64,000 nt of DNA, from contig OZ024747.1 of assembly GCA_964016885.1 (NCBI GenBank), positions 8,742,001 to 8,806,000 on the forward strand, in the 5' to 3' direction. The stretch comes from Eledone cirrhosa (taxonomy: Eukaryota). Positions 1 through 12,108 of the stretch are shown piece by piece. Under the pieces are notes generated by a model. It searched no databases and was not told the origin of the DNA. It saw only the letters and a list, made by a program, of their open reading frames with translations. A program made the position numbers and the translations under genes. The stretch's first letter is position 1. Each line of letters opens with the position of its first letter.

Positions 1-59
1 TCTCCAGTTTAGAATAGATACCCTATCTTTGTGTGTCATAAGAAGTGACTAAAAGGGTT

Positions 60-152
60 ACTGTTAGGAAGGGCATCTGGTTGTAAAACCTTATAAAGTC
101 CTGTCCAACCCATGCTAGCATGGAAAAGTCTTTGTAAAAACGATGGTGATGA

Positions 153-230
<78 letters not shown>

Positions 231-470
231 TGTGTGTATCCAGTTTAGAATAGGGACGCTGTATACTTGTATGTTGCTAGGATGGGCATCTGACTATAAA
301 ACATTGCCTGAAAATAGTCCCACCCAATTCATGCCAGCATGGAAAAGTCTATGTAAAAATGATGATGATGATGATGATGATACAGTCACCCGACCTAACT
401 TGCCGCTGATGGGACAAACCCGTAGCATGGAAAATAGATGTTAAATGATGATGATAATAATGATAATGGA
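60..470 (+). mobile_element. Three stacked 3' tail fragments of a retroposon family ending in (ATG)n, with a (GT)n microsatellite at 155-236
   Basis: Motif gttaggaagggcatc...cccatgctagcatggaaaa...gatgatgat recurs here and at ~10700, 11620-11790 (-), 20780-20966, 23050-23290 (-) and 28210-28400 (-). Confidence 0.6.
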
Positions 471-505
471 AACATATATATATGTGTGTGTATGTGTGTG
501 TGTGT

Positions 506-3500
506 CCAGTTATCGCAGTCTATCTGTCTAAGTATCACAGTCTATCTGTCTAAGTATCATAGTCTATCTGTCTAGTTATCACAGTCTATCTGTCTAAGTA
601 TCACTGTCTATCTGTCCAGTTATCACAGTCTATCTGTCCAGTTATCACAGTCTATCTGTCTAAGTATCACAGTCTATCTGTCTAGTTATCACAGTCTATC
701 TGTCTAAGTATCACTGTCTATCTGTCTAGTTATCACAGTCTATCTGTCTAAGTATCACTGTCTATCTGTCTAAGTATCATAGTCTATCTGTCTAAGTATC
801 ATAGTCTATCTGTCTAGTTATCACAGTCTATCTGTCTAAGTATCACTGTCTATCTGTCTAGTTATCACAGTCTATCTGTCTAAGTATCACAGTCTATCTG
901 TCTAAGTATCACAGTCTATCTGTCTAGTTATCACAGTCTATCTGTCTAAGTATCACAGTCTATCTGTCTAAGTATCATAGTCTATCTGTCTAAGTATCAC
1001 AGTCTATCTGTCTAGTTATCACAGTCTATCTGTCTAAGTATCACTGTCTATCTGTCCAGTTATCACAGTCTATCTGTCCAGTTATCACAGTCTATCTAAG
1101 TATCACAGTCTATCTGTCCAGTTATCACAGTCTATCTGTCTAAGTATCACAGTCTATCTGTCTAGTTATCACAGTCTATCTGTCTAAGTATCACTGTCTA
1201 TCTGTCTAGTTATCGCAGTCTATCTGTCTAAGTATCACAGTCTATCTGTCTAAGTATCACTGTCTATCTGTCCAGTTATCACAGTCTATCTGTCCAGTTA
1301 TCACAGTCTATCTGTCTAAGTATCACAGTCTATCTGTCTAGTTATCACAGTCTATCTGTCTAAGTATCACTGTCTATCTGTCTAGTTATCACAGTCTATC
1401 TGTCTAAGTATCACAGTCTATCTGTCTAAGTATCATAGTCTATCTGTCTAGTTATCACAGTCTATCTGTCTAAGTATCACTGTCTATCTGTCTAGTTATC
1501 ACAGTCTATCTGTCTAAGTATCACGGTCTATCTGTCTAAGTATCACAGTCTATCTGTCTAGTTATCAGAGTCTATCTGTCTAAGTATCACAGTCTATCTG
1601 TCTAAGTATCATAGTCTATCTGTCTAAGTATCACAGTCTATCTGTCTAGTTATCACAGTCTATCTGTCTAAGTATCACTGTCTATCTGTCCAGTTATCAC
1701 AGTCTATCTGTCCAGTTATCACAGTCTATCTAAGTATCACAGTCTATCTAAGTATCACAGTCTATCTGTCCAGTTACCCCAGTCTATCTGTCTAGTTATC
1801 ACAGTCTATCTGTCTAAGTATCACAGTCTATCTGTCTAAGTATCACAGTCTATCTCTCCAGTTATCGCAGTCTATCTGTCTAAGTATCACAGTCTATCTG
1901 TCTAAGTATCACAGTCTATCTGTCCAGTTATCACAGTCTATCTGCCCAGTTATCACAGTCTATCTGTCTAAGTATCACAGTCTATCTGTCTAAGTATCAC
2001 AGTCTATCTGTCTAGTTATCACAGTCTATCTGTCTAAGTATCACTGTCTATCTGTCTAGTTATCACAGTCTATCTGTCTAAGTATCACTGTCTATCTGTC
2101 TAGTTATCACAGTCTATCTGTCTAAGTATCACAGTCTATCTGTCTAGTTATCACAGTCTATCTGTCTAAGTATCACAGTCTATCTCTCCAGTTATCACAG
2201 TCTATCTGTCTAGTTATCACAGTCTATCTGTCCAGTTATCGCAGTCTATCTGTCTAAGTATCATAGTCTATCTGTCCAGTTATCACAGTCTATCTGTCTA
2301 GTTATCACAGTCTATCTGTCTAAGTATCACAGTCTATCTGTCTAAATAACACAGTCTATCTGTCTAAGTATCACAGTCTATCTGTCTAAGTATCACACTC
2401 TATCTGTCTAAGTATCACATTCTATCTGTCTAGTTACCCCAGTCTATCTGTCTAAGTATCACAGTCTATCTGTCTAGTTATCACAGTCTATCTGTCTATT
2501 AACCCCAGTCTATCTGTCTAAGTATCGCAGTCTATCTGTCTAAGTATCACAGTCTATCTGTCTAAGTATCACAGTCTATCTGTCTAAGTATCACAGTCTA
2601 TCTGTCCAGTTATCACAGTCTATCTGTCTAGTTATCACAGTCTAACTGTCTAGTTATCACAGTCTATCTGTCTAAGTATCGCAGTCTATCTGTCTAAGTA
2701 TCACAGTCTATCTGTCTAAGTATCACAGTCTATCTGTCTAAGTATCACAGTCTATCTGTCTAAGTAACACAGTCTATCTGTCTAAGTATCACAGTCTATC
2801 TGTCTAGTTATCACAGTCTATCTGTCTAAGTATCACAGTCTATCTGTCTAAGTATCACAGTCTATCTGTCTAAGTATCACAGTCTATCTGTCTAAGTATC
2901 ACAGTCTATCTGTCCAGTTATCACAGTCTATCTGTCTAGTTATGACAGTCTATCTGTCTAGTTATCACAGTCTAACTGTCTAGTTATCACAGTCTATCTG
3001 TCTAGTTATCACAGTCTATCTGTCTAAGTATCACAGTCTATCTGTCTAAGTATCACAGTCTATCTGTCTAGTTATCACAGTCTATCTGTCTAGTTATCAG
3101 AGTCTATCTGTCTAAGTATCACAGTCTATCTGTCTAAGTATCACAGTCTATCTGTCTAGTTATCACAGTCTATCTGTCTAAGTATCACAGTCTATCTGTC
3201 TAAGTATCACAGTCTATCTGTCTAAGTATCAAAGTCTATCTGTCCAGTTATCACAGTCTATCTGTCTAGTTATCACAGTCTATCTGTCTAGTTATCACAG
3301 TCTATCTGTCTAGTTATCGGAGTCTAACTGTCTAGTTATCACAGTCTATCTGTCTAGTTATCACAGTCTATCTCTCCAGTTATCACAGTCTATCTCTCCA
3401 GTTATCACAGTCTATCTGTCTAAGTATCACTGTCTATCTGTCTAAGTATCACAGTCTATCTGTCCAGTTATCACAGTCTATCTGTCTAAGTATCACAGTC

Positions 3501-5145
3501 TATCTGTCTAGTTATCACAGTCTATCTGTCTAAGTATCACAGTCTATCTGTCTAAGTATCACAGTCTATCTGTCTAAGTATCACAGTCTATCTGTCTAAG
3601 TATCACAGTCTATCTGTCCAGTTATCACAGTCTATCTGTCTAGTTATCACAGTCTATCTGTCTAGTTATCACAGTCTATCTGTCTAGTTATCGGAGTCTA
3701 ACTGTCTAGTTATCACAGTCTATCTGTCTAGTTATCACAGTCTATCTCTCCAGTTATCACAGTCTATCTCTCCAGTTATCACAGTCTATCTGTCTAAGTA
3801 TCACAGTCTATCTGTCTAAGTATCACAGACTATCTGTCCAGTTATCACAGTCTATCTGTCTAGTTATCACAGTCTATCTGTCTAAGTATCACAGTCTATC
3901 TGTCTAAGTATCACAGTCTATCTGTCTAAGTATTACAGTCTATCTGTCTAAGTATCACAGTCTATCTGTCTAAGTATCACAGTCTATCTGTCTAGTTATC
4001 ACAGTCTATCTGTCTAGTTATCACAATCTATCTGTCTAAGTATCACAGTCTATCTGTCCAGTTATCACAGTCTATCTGTCTAAGTATCACAGTCTATCTG
4101 TCTAGTTATCACAGTCTATCTGTCTAAGTATCACAGTCTATCTGTCTAAGTATCACAGTCTATCTGTCTAAGTATCACAGTCTATCTGTCTAAGTATCAC
4201 AGTCTATCTGTCTAAGTATCACAGTCTATCTGTCTAGTTATCAAAATCGATTTGTCTTAGTATCGCAGTCTATCTGTCTAAGTATCACAGTCTATCTGTC
4301 TAGTTATCACAGTCTATCTGTCTAAGTATCACAGTCTATCTGTCCAGTTACCCGTCTATCTGTCCAGTTATCACAGTGTATCTGTCTAAGTATCACAGTC
4401 TATCTGTCTAAGTATCACACTCTATCTATCTAAGTATCACAGTCTATCTGTCTAGTTATCACAGTCTATCTGTCTAAGTATCACAGTCTATCTGTCTAAG
4501 TATCACAGTCTATCTGTCCAGTTACCCCAGTCTATCTGTCTAAGTAACACAGTCTATCTGTCTAGTTATCACAGTCTATCTGTCTAAGTAACACAGTCTA
4601 TCTGTCTAAGTATCACAGTCTATCTATCTAAGTATCACAGTCTATCTGTCTAAGTAACACAGTCTATCTATCTAGTTATCACAGTCTATCTATCTAGTTA
4701 TCACAGTCTATCTGTCTAAGTAACACAGTCTATCTGTCTAAGTATCACAGTCTATCTGTCTAAGTATCACAGTCTATCTGTCTAAGTATCACAGTCTATC
4801 TGTCCAGTTACCCCAGTCTATCTGTCTAAGTAACACAGTCTATCTGTCTAGTTATCACAGTCTATCTGTCTAAGTATCACAGTCTATCTGTCTAAGTAAC
4901 ACAGTCTATCTGTCTAAGTATCACAGTCTATCTGTCTAAGTATCACAGTCTATCTGTCTAAGTAACACAGTCTATCTGTCTAAGTATCACAGTCTATCTA
5001 TCTAAGTATCACAGTCTATCTGTCTAAGTATCACAGTCTATCTGTCTAAGTATCACTGTCTATCTGTCTAAGTATCACAGTCTATCTGTCTAAGTATCAC
5101 AGTCTATCTTTGTAATTATCAATGTCTATCTTTGTAATTATCACT
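506..5145. repeat. 22-bp minisatellite/satellite array, about 210 units
   Basis: Unit agtctatctgtctaagtatcac with variants ctagttatc and ccagttatc, continuous over ~4.6 kb. Confidence 0.98.
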
Positions 5146-5997
5146 ATTCCAAAACTCCTCAAATAAACAAACTGGTAACTTGAAAACTCGTCAAACACTT
5201 CTACTTGGTTCTTTGTTAGTAGTCACTTCATATAACATGTTTTTTTTCCTCCCTTGAATTCTGTTTACATCTCCCTTTGTCTCTCTTCCAACCTACCTAA
5301 CTTCTTATCCATCTACCTCACTAGCAAAACTATAGAATAGGGAAAGTATCTTTTTTTATATATAATAAAGAGGAATCAAGAAAAAAAGGGAGGGTGGTCT
5401 CTTTTTTCTGTCTTCCAGCCTACTTAACTCCTTATTTATCTACCTGACAATCTAATTATCTACCTTCTTGTCTCTGTATACTATAAACCAGGCCCTGAAT
5501 TTAGAAAAAGAAAGTGACATAAAGTTTCAAGGCAGTGTAGTAACTATATTATAAATCATTTATCTGAGAAAACCCTGAAAGTGACCTGTAGCATATACTA
5601 ATAAAAGGGGCCTGATTTTCTTTTTAAATGACATAATGGTTAAAGACAGTATACAGTACTATAGTGTAAAACACTTAGTGCGGGACCCTGAAAAGTTCAT
5701 TTGGCACTGGAAACCTGAAGACTTTTAATTCTTGGTTCTTGTTTCTTTGTTTGTTTGGGAATTTTTTTTTTTTTTTCGTTTTCTGAATACTTTTAAAATC
5801 TCCTTTGTCTGTCTTCCAGGCTAACAACTTCTTATCTTTCTACCTATACACCTACCTACACATCTACCGAATCACCTATATATCTACCTACACATCTGTC
5901 TATCTATATATACTTTTTTTTTTCAGTGTGGTCTACCCTTGGTGGTAGGGTCCGTACCATAGATAGAACTCAATGTAATCTGATGGAGAGTAATCCA

Positions 5998-6000
<3 letters not shown>

Positions 6001-6060
<60 letters not shown>
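6001..6060. repeat. (AT)n microsatellite
   Basis: Perfect AT dinucleotide run. Confidence 0.98.
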
Positions 6061-6066
<6 letters not shown>

Positions 6067-6796
6067 AGCTAGCTTGTTATCATCTTTGTTCCAAAACTTA
6101 CTTTTAAAAGAATATTCTAACTGTAAACAAAAGTTTATGTTAACAAAACTTTACGTTAGGCCTCCTTCACCAAGTGTGAAAACGAAACAAAACCCGAGTG
6201 TTATTATTAAAAGTAAAATAACACAAAGCAGAGCAGACCAAGTATTAAAAAAGCCCAAATAATTATTAAAAGTAAAGAAAGATTTAGTAGCTCTCACCTG
6301 CACTGTCTGCTCCATCGAGGTAAAGTTAAGACTATTCCTTCTGGTTATTTATGTTGTTCTGCGATGATGGTGCTGATCACCGAGGAAGTCAGCAATTAAT
6401 AGCAGCAGTGATAATGGTAACGGTGTGGGGGCTTCGTGGCAGCAACAGAGGTGGTGAGGGCGGTGGTGATGGTGGTGATGGAAAGTAAACCTATTTGATA
6501 AGGCGGGCTCTCTGTCTTAGACACTACTCTCCTCCCTTCTCCCACCCCCTACAATTCCTACTGACTGGCCTACTGTCTGTCTGTCTGTCTGACTGTCAGT
6601 CTTTTTGCTGGTCCGTCTTTCTGTAAATCTGTCCATGAGTCTATCTGTCCATCAGTCTGCCTGATTGTTTGCCTGTCTGTCTGTATATATGTATATCTGT
6701 CAGTCAGTCTGTCTGTGCTAACTTTGGGGTCATTGCTTCACACAAAGACTGGCAAGCCGGCATCTAAAGGTATATAGTCACCCAGCCACCACTTTC

Positions 6797-6857
6797 ATAC
6801 ACGAACATCTCACACGTATATATATATATATATACATATACGTGTGAGATGTTCGTG

Positions 6858-6860
<3 letters not shown>
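6797..6860. repeat. Perfect ~23-bp inverted repeat with (TA)n spacer
   Basis: atacacgaacatctcacacgtat ... atacgtgtgagatgttcgtgtat. Confidence 0.9.
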
Positions 6861-6889
<29 letters not shown>

Positions 6890-6905
6890 TTATCCCATGT
6901 ATATA

Positions 6906-7015
6906 ATTGTTTCTACTTTTGGCACAAGGCCAGCAATTATCCCAGTGCATTACTGGTACTTTGTTTTATCGACCCCGTAAGGATGAAAGGCAAAGTTAAC
7001 CTCAGCGGGATTTAA
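6906..7015 (-). mobile_element. tRNA-derived SINE, short internally deleted form
   Basis: Reverse complement of the recurring cccgccgaggttaactttgcctttcatccttacggggtcgataaaataaagtaccagt...gctggccttgtgcc consensus; the same short form is at 28780-28882, 36298-36475 and 53591-53705. Confidence 0.8.
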
Positions 7016-7139
7016 TAGGAACAAAGAATCAGTATTGCATCACTTATATATTTAATTACATATTATATATATATAAAGATATATGTAATACACACATACA
7101 TAACATCCCATTGATAACATGGGAAAGTCGTGGCAGGTT

Positions 7140-8060
7140 GAGGTGGTTTTGGTGGTGGTAGTGGTGGTAATGATAGGGTATTGATGGTAATAGTATTGGT
7201 GGTAGTGATGGTGGCAGTAGTGGTGGTAGTGGTGGTATTGGTGTTAGTAGTAGTGCTGGTAATGGCAGTGGTATCGGTAGTGTTAGTGGTGGTGGTGGTT
7301 GTGGTAGTGGCGGTAGTGTTGGTGGTAGTGGTGGTGGCGATGGTAGTAGTGGTAGTGTTAATAGTGGTGGTGGTAGTAGTGGTAGTGGTGGTGTTAGTAG
7401 TAGTGATGGTAGTAGTGGTAGTGTTAATAGTGGTGGTGGTAGTAGTGGTGGTTGCGGTAATGGTGGTAGTAGTGGTGTTAGTTGTAGTGGTAGTGTTAAT
7501 AGTGGTGGTTGCAGTAGTGGTGGTATTAGTGGTAGTGGTGGTGTTAGTAGTAGTGATGGTAGTAGTGGTAGTGTTAATAGTGGTGGTGGTAGTAGTGGTG
7601 GTTGCGGTAATGGTGGTAGTGGTGGTGTTAGTTGTAGTGGTAGTGTTAATAGTGGTGGTTGCAGTAGTGGTGGTATTAGTGGTAGTGGTGGTGTTAGTAG
7701 TAGTGATGGTAGTAGTGGTAGTGTTAATAGTGGTGGTTGCGGTAGTGGTGGTAGTAGTGGTAGTGGTGGTGTTAGTAGCAGTGATGGTAGTAGTGGTAGT
7801 GTTAATAGTGGTGGTGGTTGCGGTAGTGGTGGTAGTAGTGGTAGTGGTGGTGTTATTAGTAGTGGTGGTGTTATTAGTAGTGGTGGTGTTAGTATTGGTG
7901 GTGGTGTTAGTATTGGTGGTGGTGGTGGTGTTAGTAGTAGTGGTGGTAGTAGTGTTGGTGGTGTTAGTGGTGGCAGTAGTAGTAGTAGTGGTGGTGGTGG
8001 CTGTGTTAGTATTGGTAGTGGTGGTATTAGTGGTGGTAGTGGTGGTGGTGGTGGTGGTGA
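7140..8060. repeat. Degenerate (GGT/AGT)n trinucleotide tract with a ~150-bp higher-order duplication
   Basis: Triplet periodicity; the block starting at 7501 recurs at 7651; this explains the poly-Thr and poly-Val ORFs. Confidence 0.93.
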
Positions 8061-8979
8061 AATGATACAATGAAGAATTTTCCACCTTTATGTAGCTGCA
8101 CCTGACAAGAAAACATTCTCTGAATCCCATCTAAAATAAGAAACTGTGACAGTTTAAGGAGAGGACTGACTGACCCCCATTTGAGATCCGTTCCCTGATA
8201 TATATATATATATATATCTATAGTAAAATAATCGAGAATCGGAAAAACAGCTCACGAATTAACGATAAACAATATCCGACATGTGTGGCAGAGGGCTCAA
8301 TAATTTGGGTAAATCAGAGCTATAACCATCGTTAAATTACCAACACATAGAGATTATGCCTAAAATCACCCGTGCAGCCGAAAAAGAACGACCAGGAAGA
8401 TTCGGGTCACTCAAATAAAATATCAATAAATCAATAAATTAAATGAATGTAAAAAAACTCACCCGGACCCGCTAGAAAGGTGTTAAATCTAGCTTCTTGG
8501 GTTTCTGCAATTCCTTAATCCATATATATATCTTATATATTGAAAGGATAACAAGGACGATTGATTACTCCTTCATTGCATTTATTGATAGGTGATGCGC
8601 GTTTCACCACTGATCAGCTCAAGGTTCGATCTGTATCGATCCTACCCGACTCAATAATCAGCAGCTCGACGGACCCTCTTAAAATGCTATAAGAAAATGA
8701 AATACATGCTATGTGGTAAAGTCAGAGTTTCAAGAGTTTGACAAAATGAGTTGTTTTGATTGGTGGGAAGGATCAAGGGGATGTACTGGCCTGTAGAGTA
8801 TATGGGGGTGGATGTGATGGTGAGATGTTGGTGACGGTCGGTGGATGAGATGGGCTGTGGTGTGGTGGTGGTGGGTTGGCCTTGGCGTGTAGAGTATGTG
8901 AGGGTGGATGTGATGATATGATGGTGGTTATGGTCGCTTACTGGGATGGGCTGTGGTATATCTTATATATATATATATG

Positions 8980-10045
8980 TAGATAAATCTACCAAAATAT
9001 ACAGTAGTGTCCAATCCGTATGAAATACTTTTTGAAATAATGAAATCTAAGGATATCCTATTAAATAAGCGACAAGAATTAATTATATCATGCAATCATA
9101 GAATTAGAAAAACTTTCAAATATTATAAACCTAATTAATATACACTTATATTTTACAAATTATTATAATTAATTTTTTTTAATTAGTTAACCTATAATTA
9201 ATATTCTACTACTAAGAACTGCATAATTTTATTTCCCTTTTACAGCTATCTTTTCCTAAAATTTATACCAATAAGTATACATATAAACTATTTTAATTTC
9301 CTGTTATGAATCTAAATTCCTTGTAATCTATATAAGTTTGTTATTTCTCACTAATATATTTATCCCCCCCCAAAAAATGTTTTCCTTCGTTTTTAACAAC
9401 ATTCTTTAATAACATCTAACTCTTATTTATCTTATCTATATGAATTAATATAAATTTATCCCTATAAATATACCTATCAATTAAATTAATTTCATTTCAT
9501 TTTATAGATCTAAATTCCTTGTTTTAAATAAGATTGATATTTTTCACTAACACATTTATCGTAAAATTTTATTCTCCTTAGATTTTAACATTAGCATTAT
9601 TCTTTAATAACATCAAATTTTCGTGTACCTTTCACAGGCTTGACCTATTTTCATCCCCAAAGTAATCTTTTATTTCAAAATACTCTTTCCATTCAAAACT
9701 GAAGTCTACATTCCTCTACCCCTAAATTAAATCTCTACTACTACTATTCTATCAACTTGACCACTTACTACTTTTCTATTGGTCAATTCAAAACCTGTTC
9801 CCAAACAGACCTATTATATTAAATCTTTGTTGGGTTTTCCAATAAACAAATATCATTATTTCTAAAGACAGCATATATATGTCTAGGTATGTATATTCCC
9901 TCTGATAGTTTGTAAAACTTTTACATAGATCTATATGATATACATACCAATACACACATATATATCCTAGAAACGATCGTAAAATGATGAATTTTTTAAT
10001 ATAAGGAACTGTTTCTTTGTTTTTATTCATTATTTTTATTAATTT
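8980..10045 (+). mobile_element. 5'-truncated Penelope-like element: ORF C-terminus, 3' UTR and pseudo-LTR
   Basis: 9001-9138 translates ...YEILFEIMKSKDILLNKRQELIISCNHRIRKTFKYYKPN*, resembling the LN..x.C.H end of the PLE ORF at 24755; downstream hammerhead-like motif at 9853-9990; (TA)n on both sides. Confidence 0.7.
9853..9990 (+). ncRNA. Type I hammerhead motif with very long stem II; core mutated (CTAAAGA)
   Basis: Stem I tcattattt/aaatgatga; CTAAAGA at 9862; stem II includes atatatatg/catatatat and ggtatgtatat/atatacatacc; GAAA-CGATCG-TA at 9970-9981. Confidence 0.65.
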
Positions 10046-10061
10046 ATATATATATATATAT

Positions 10062-10412
10062 ATACAATATATTAACAAATGGAATATTTATAAAACCATA
10101 TTTATTTCATTACACATACCAAAGCAAATTATGGTGCGCTTTCATCAGATAAAATATAATATAGATCAGTTTTATAAACAAATATTGACATACCCTTAAA
10201 GAATGCGACCATGTCGGTTGGAAGCTCCCGAGAGCTTCCAACCGACATGGTCGCATTCTTTAAGGGTATGTCAATATTTGTTTATAAAACTGATCTATAT
10301 TATATTTTATCTGATGAAAGCGCACCATAATTTGCTTTGGTGTCCTTGAAACATGTGTAATGAAATAAATATGGTTTTATAAATATAGTTTCCATTTGTT
10401 AATATATTGTAT
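10062..10412. repeat. ~350-bp fold-back palindrome of a PLE pseudo-LTR-like sequence
   Basis: Arms are reverse complements around the 4-nt loop ccga (10228-10231); the left arm has two small deletions. Confidence 0.95.
10303..10367 (+). ncRNA. Minimal type I hammerhead ribozyme
   Basis: tattttat-CTGATGA-aagcgcacca/tggtgtcctt-GAAA-catgtg-TA-atgaaata; predicted GUA cleavage after 10359. Confidence 0.8.
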
Positions 10413-10493
10413 TTTTACTCCAATAATTTGTTGAGTGCTTTATATCAGTTATAAAAATATTTGCTTGTATCCCAACAAATTAAATATAACTTC

Positions 10494-10523
<30 letters not shown>

Positions 10524-10527
<4 letters not shown>

Positions 10528-10768
10528 GAGTTCAATTCTCAGACCAGGTGATGTGTTGTTTCCTTGAGCAAGACACTTTATTTCATATTGCTCCAGTTTA
10601 CTCAGGTGTAGAAATGAGATGATAGGGACTGGGGTCCCTATCATTCCACTGCAAAAGTGGTCGTGGAGGCGCCACGGAAAAAAAGCACCCAGCATTCACT
10701 GTAAATGAGGTTGGTGTTAGGAAGGGCATCCAGCTGTAGAAATCAAGCCAGAATCAGTTCCCGTCCCA
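10524..10768 (+). mobile_element. Composite SINE (B-box head plus retroposon tail) with a hairpin insertion
   Basis: gagttcaattc B box; near-identical to 23198-23420 on the opposite strand except for an extra ~33 nt beginning at 10619. Confidence 0.8.
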
Positions 10769-11008
10769 GTAAAGGAACCAAATAAATATATATATATTTT
10801 TTTAAATAAGACTCCAGTTGCATTTTCGATTTCATCTTTTTTTCTTTATACTTTCACTTGTGTAGGACACCTCGGTTATTTTTCATTTTGTAAAATTATA
10901 TATATATATATATATATATATGCAGAGGTTATATTTATCCAGGGAGCTCCAACCATTAAGGTTGTCTTTTTTCCGGGTATGTCAATATTTATTTATAAAA
11001 CAAATCTG

Positions 11009-11074
11009 TATTTTATCTGATGAAAGCGCACCATGATTTGCCTTAGTTGTCCTTGAAATATATATAATAAAATA
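11009..11074 (+). ncRNA. Second, diverged copy of the same hammerhead, within pLTR copy ~10940-11120
   Basis: tattttat-CTGATGA-...-GAAA-tatata-TA-ataaaata; flanks match 10232-10412. Confidence 0.7.
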
Positions 11075-12054
11075 AATATGGTTTTATAAATATAGTTTCC
11101 ATTTATTAATATATTGTATATATATATATATTAAACATAGTATATGCTCTATGTATTGAGTACCTTACTTTTGGTGGTTATCCCTGATTAACCCCAGGAT
11201 AAATACATATATATATACATATCATCATCTTCATCACCGTTTTATGTCCACTCTTCCACGCTAGCATGGGTTAGACGGGTTGTCCTGTTGTGGGCATTGC
11301 CAGGTCAGGTGACCATGTCTTGCTCATGCAGAACATATATATATATATATATAACTGCTATAAATTAGTGTTTTGTCTTGTCTCTTGCTCTACGGACAGC
11401 ACTTTGGCTTGTGTCAGAGGCTGTGACCCCAGGTGGACCAACAATACCAAAGTACATCTCAACGTTTGAAGACCTGGTGTTCTGTCTTTCATTTGTATTT
11501 TTATTTTCAAAAAAATGATTTTCTTAAGGTTTCCCCTTCAAACAATTGTTTTTCATTTTGCCTTGTTTTCATTCGCCGTTTTGTCTTCTGTTTGTTAATT
11601 TTTTATATTATATATATCATCATCATCATCATCATCAACGTTTAACGTCCGTGTTCCACGCTTGCATGGGTTTGGACGGGGGTAGTCCCACTTGAGGCAA
11701 GAGTGATTGTCTTGCTCGCATAGGACTGTCTGGCAGGTTTTCTACAGTTGGATGCCCTTCCTAACACCAACCACATTTACAGTGTGGGTCTGGGAGGTTT
11801 TTACCGTGTTGCCTACACGGCCACATTACAGCGTGGACTGTGTGTTTTTTTGTCGTGACACCTACACGATCACATTTGTTTCGGCCTCGATGGCGCGGCA
11901 CCAACATAACTTTACATAGAACGGGGTGGTGTGGATCGGGTGGGGGGTGGTGGTGGTGGTGGGACGGGGTGTATTTTGTTAGAGATGCCTACTGGCTGGA
12001 GTAGGTTTTACTATATATTTAGGTAAGGCGGGTCTTCTCTGTTACTGAGTACCG

Positions 12055-12108
<54 letters not shown>

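Noticed and set aside
7063-8130. 355-aa poly-Thr (mucin-like) and 294-aa poly-Val ORFs
   Set aside because: Products of a trinucleotide tract open on both strands; no signal peptide or non-repetitive domain
6290-8480. Minus-strand splice-donor-like sites (~6295, ~8460) suggesting exons of a leftward gene
   Set aside because: No supporting ORF or acceptor pairing; cannot be supported from sequence alone
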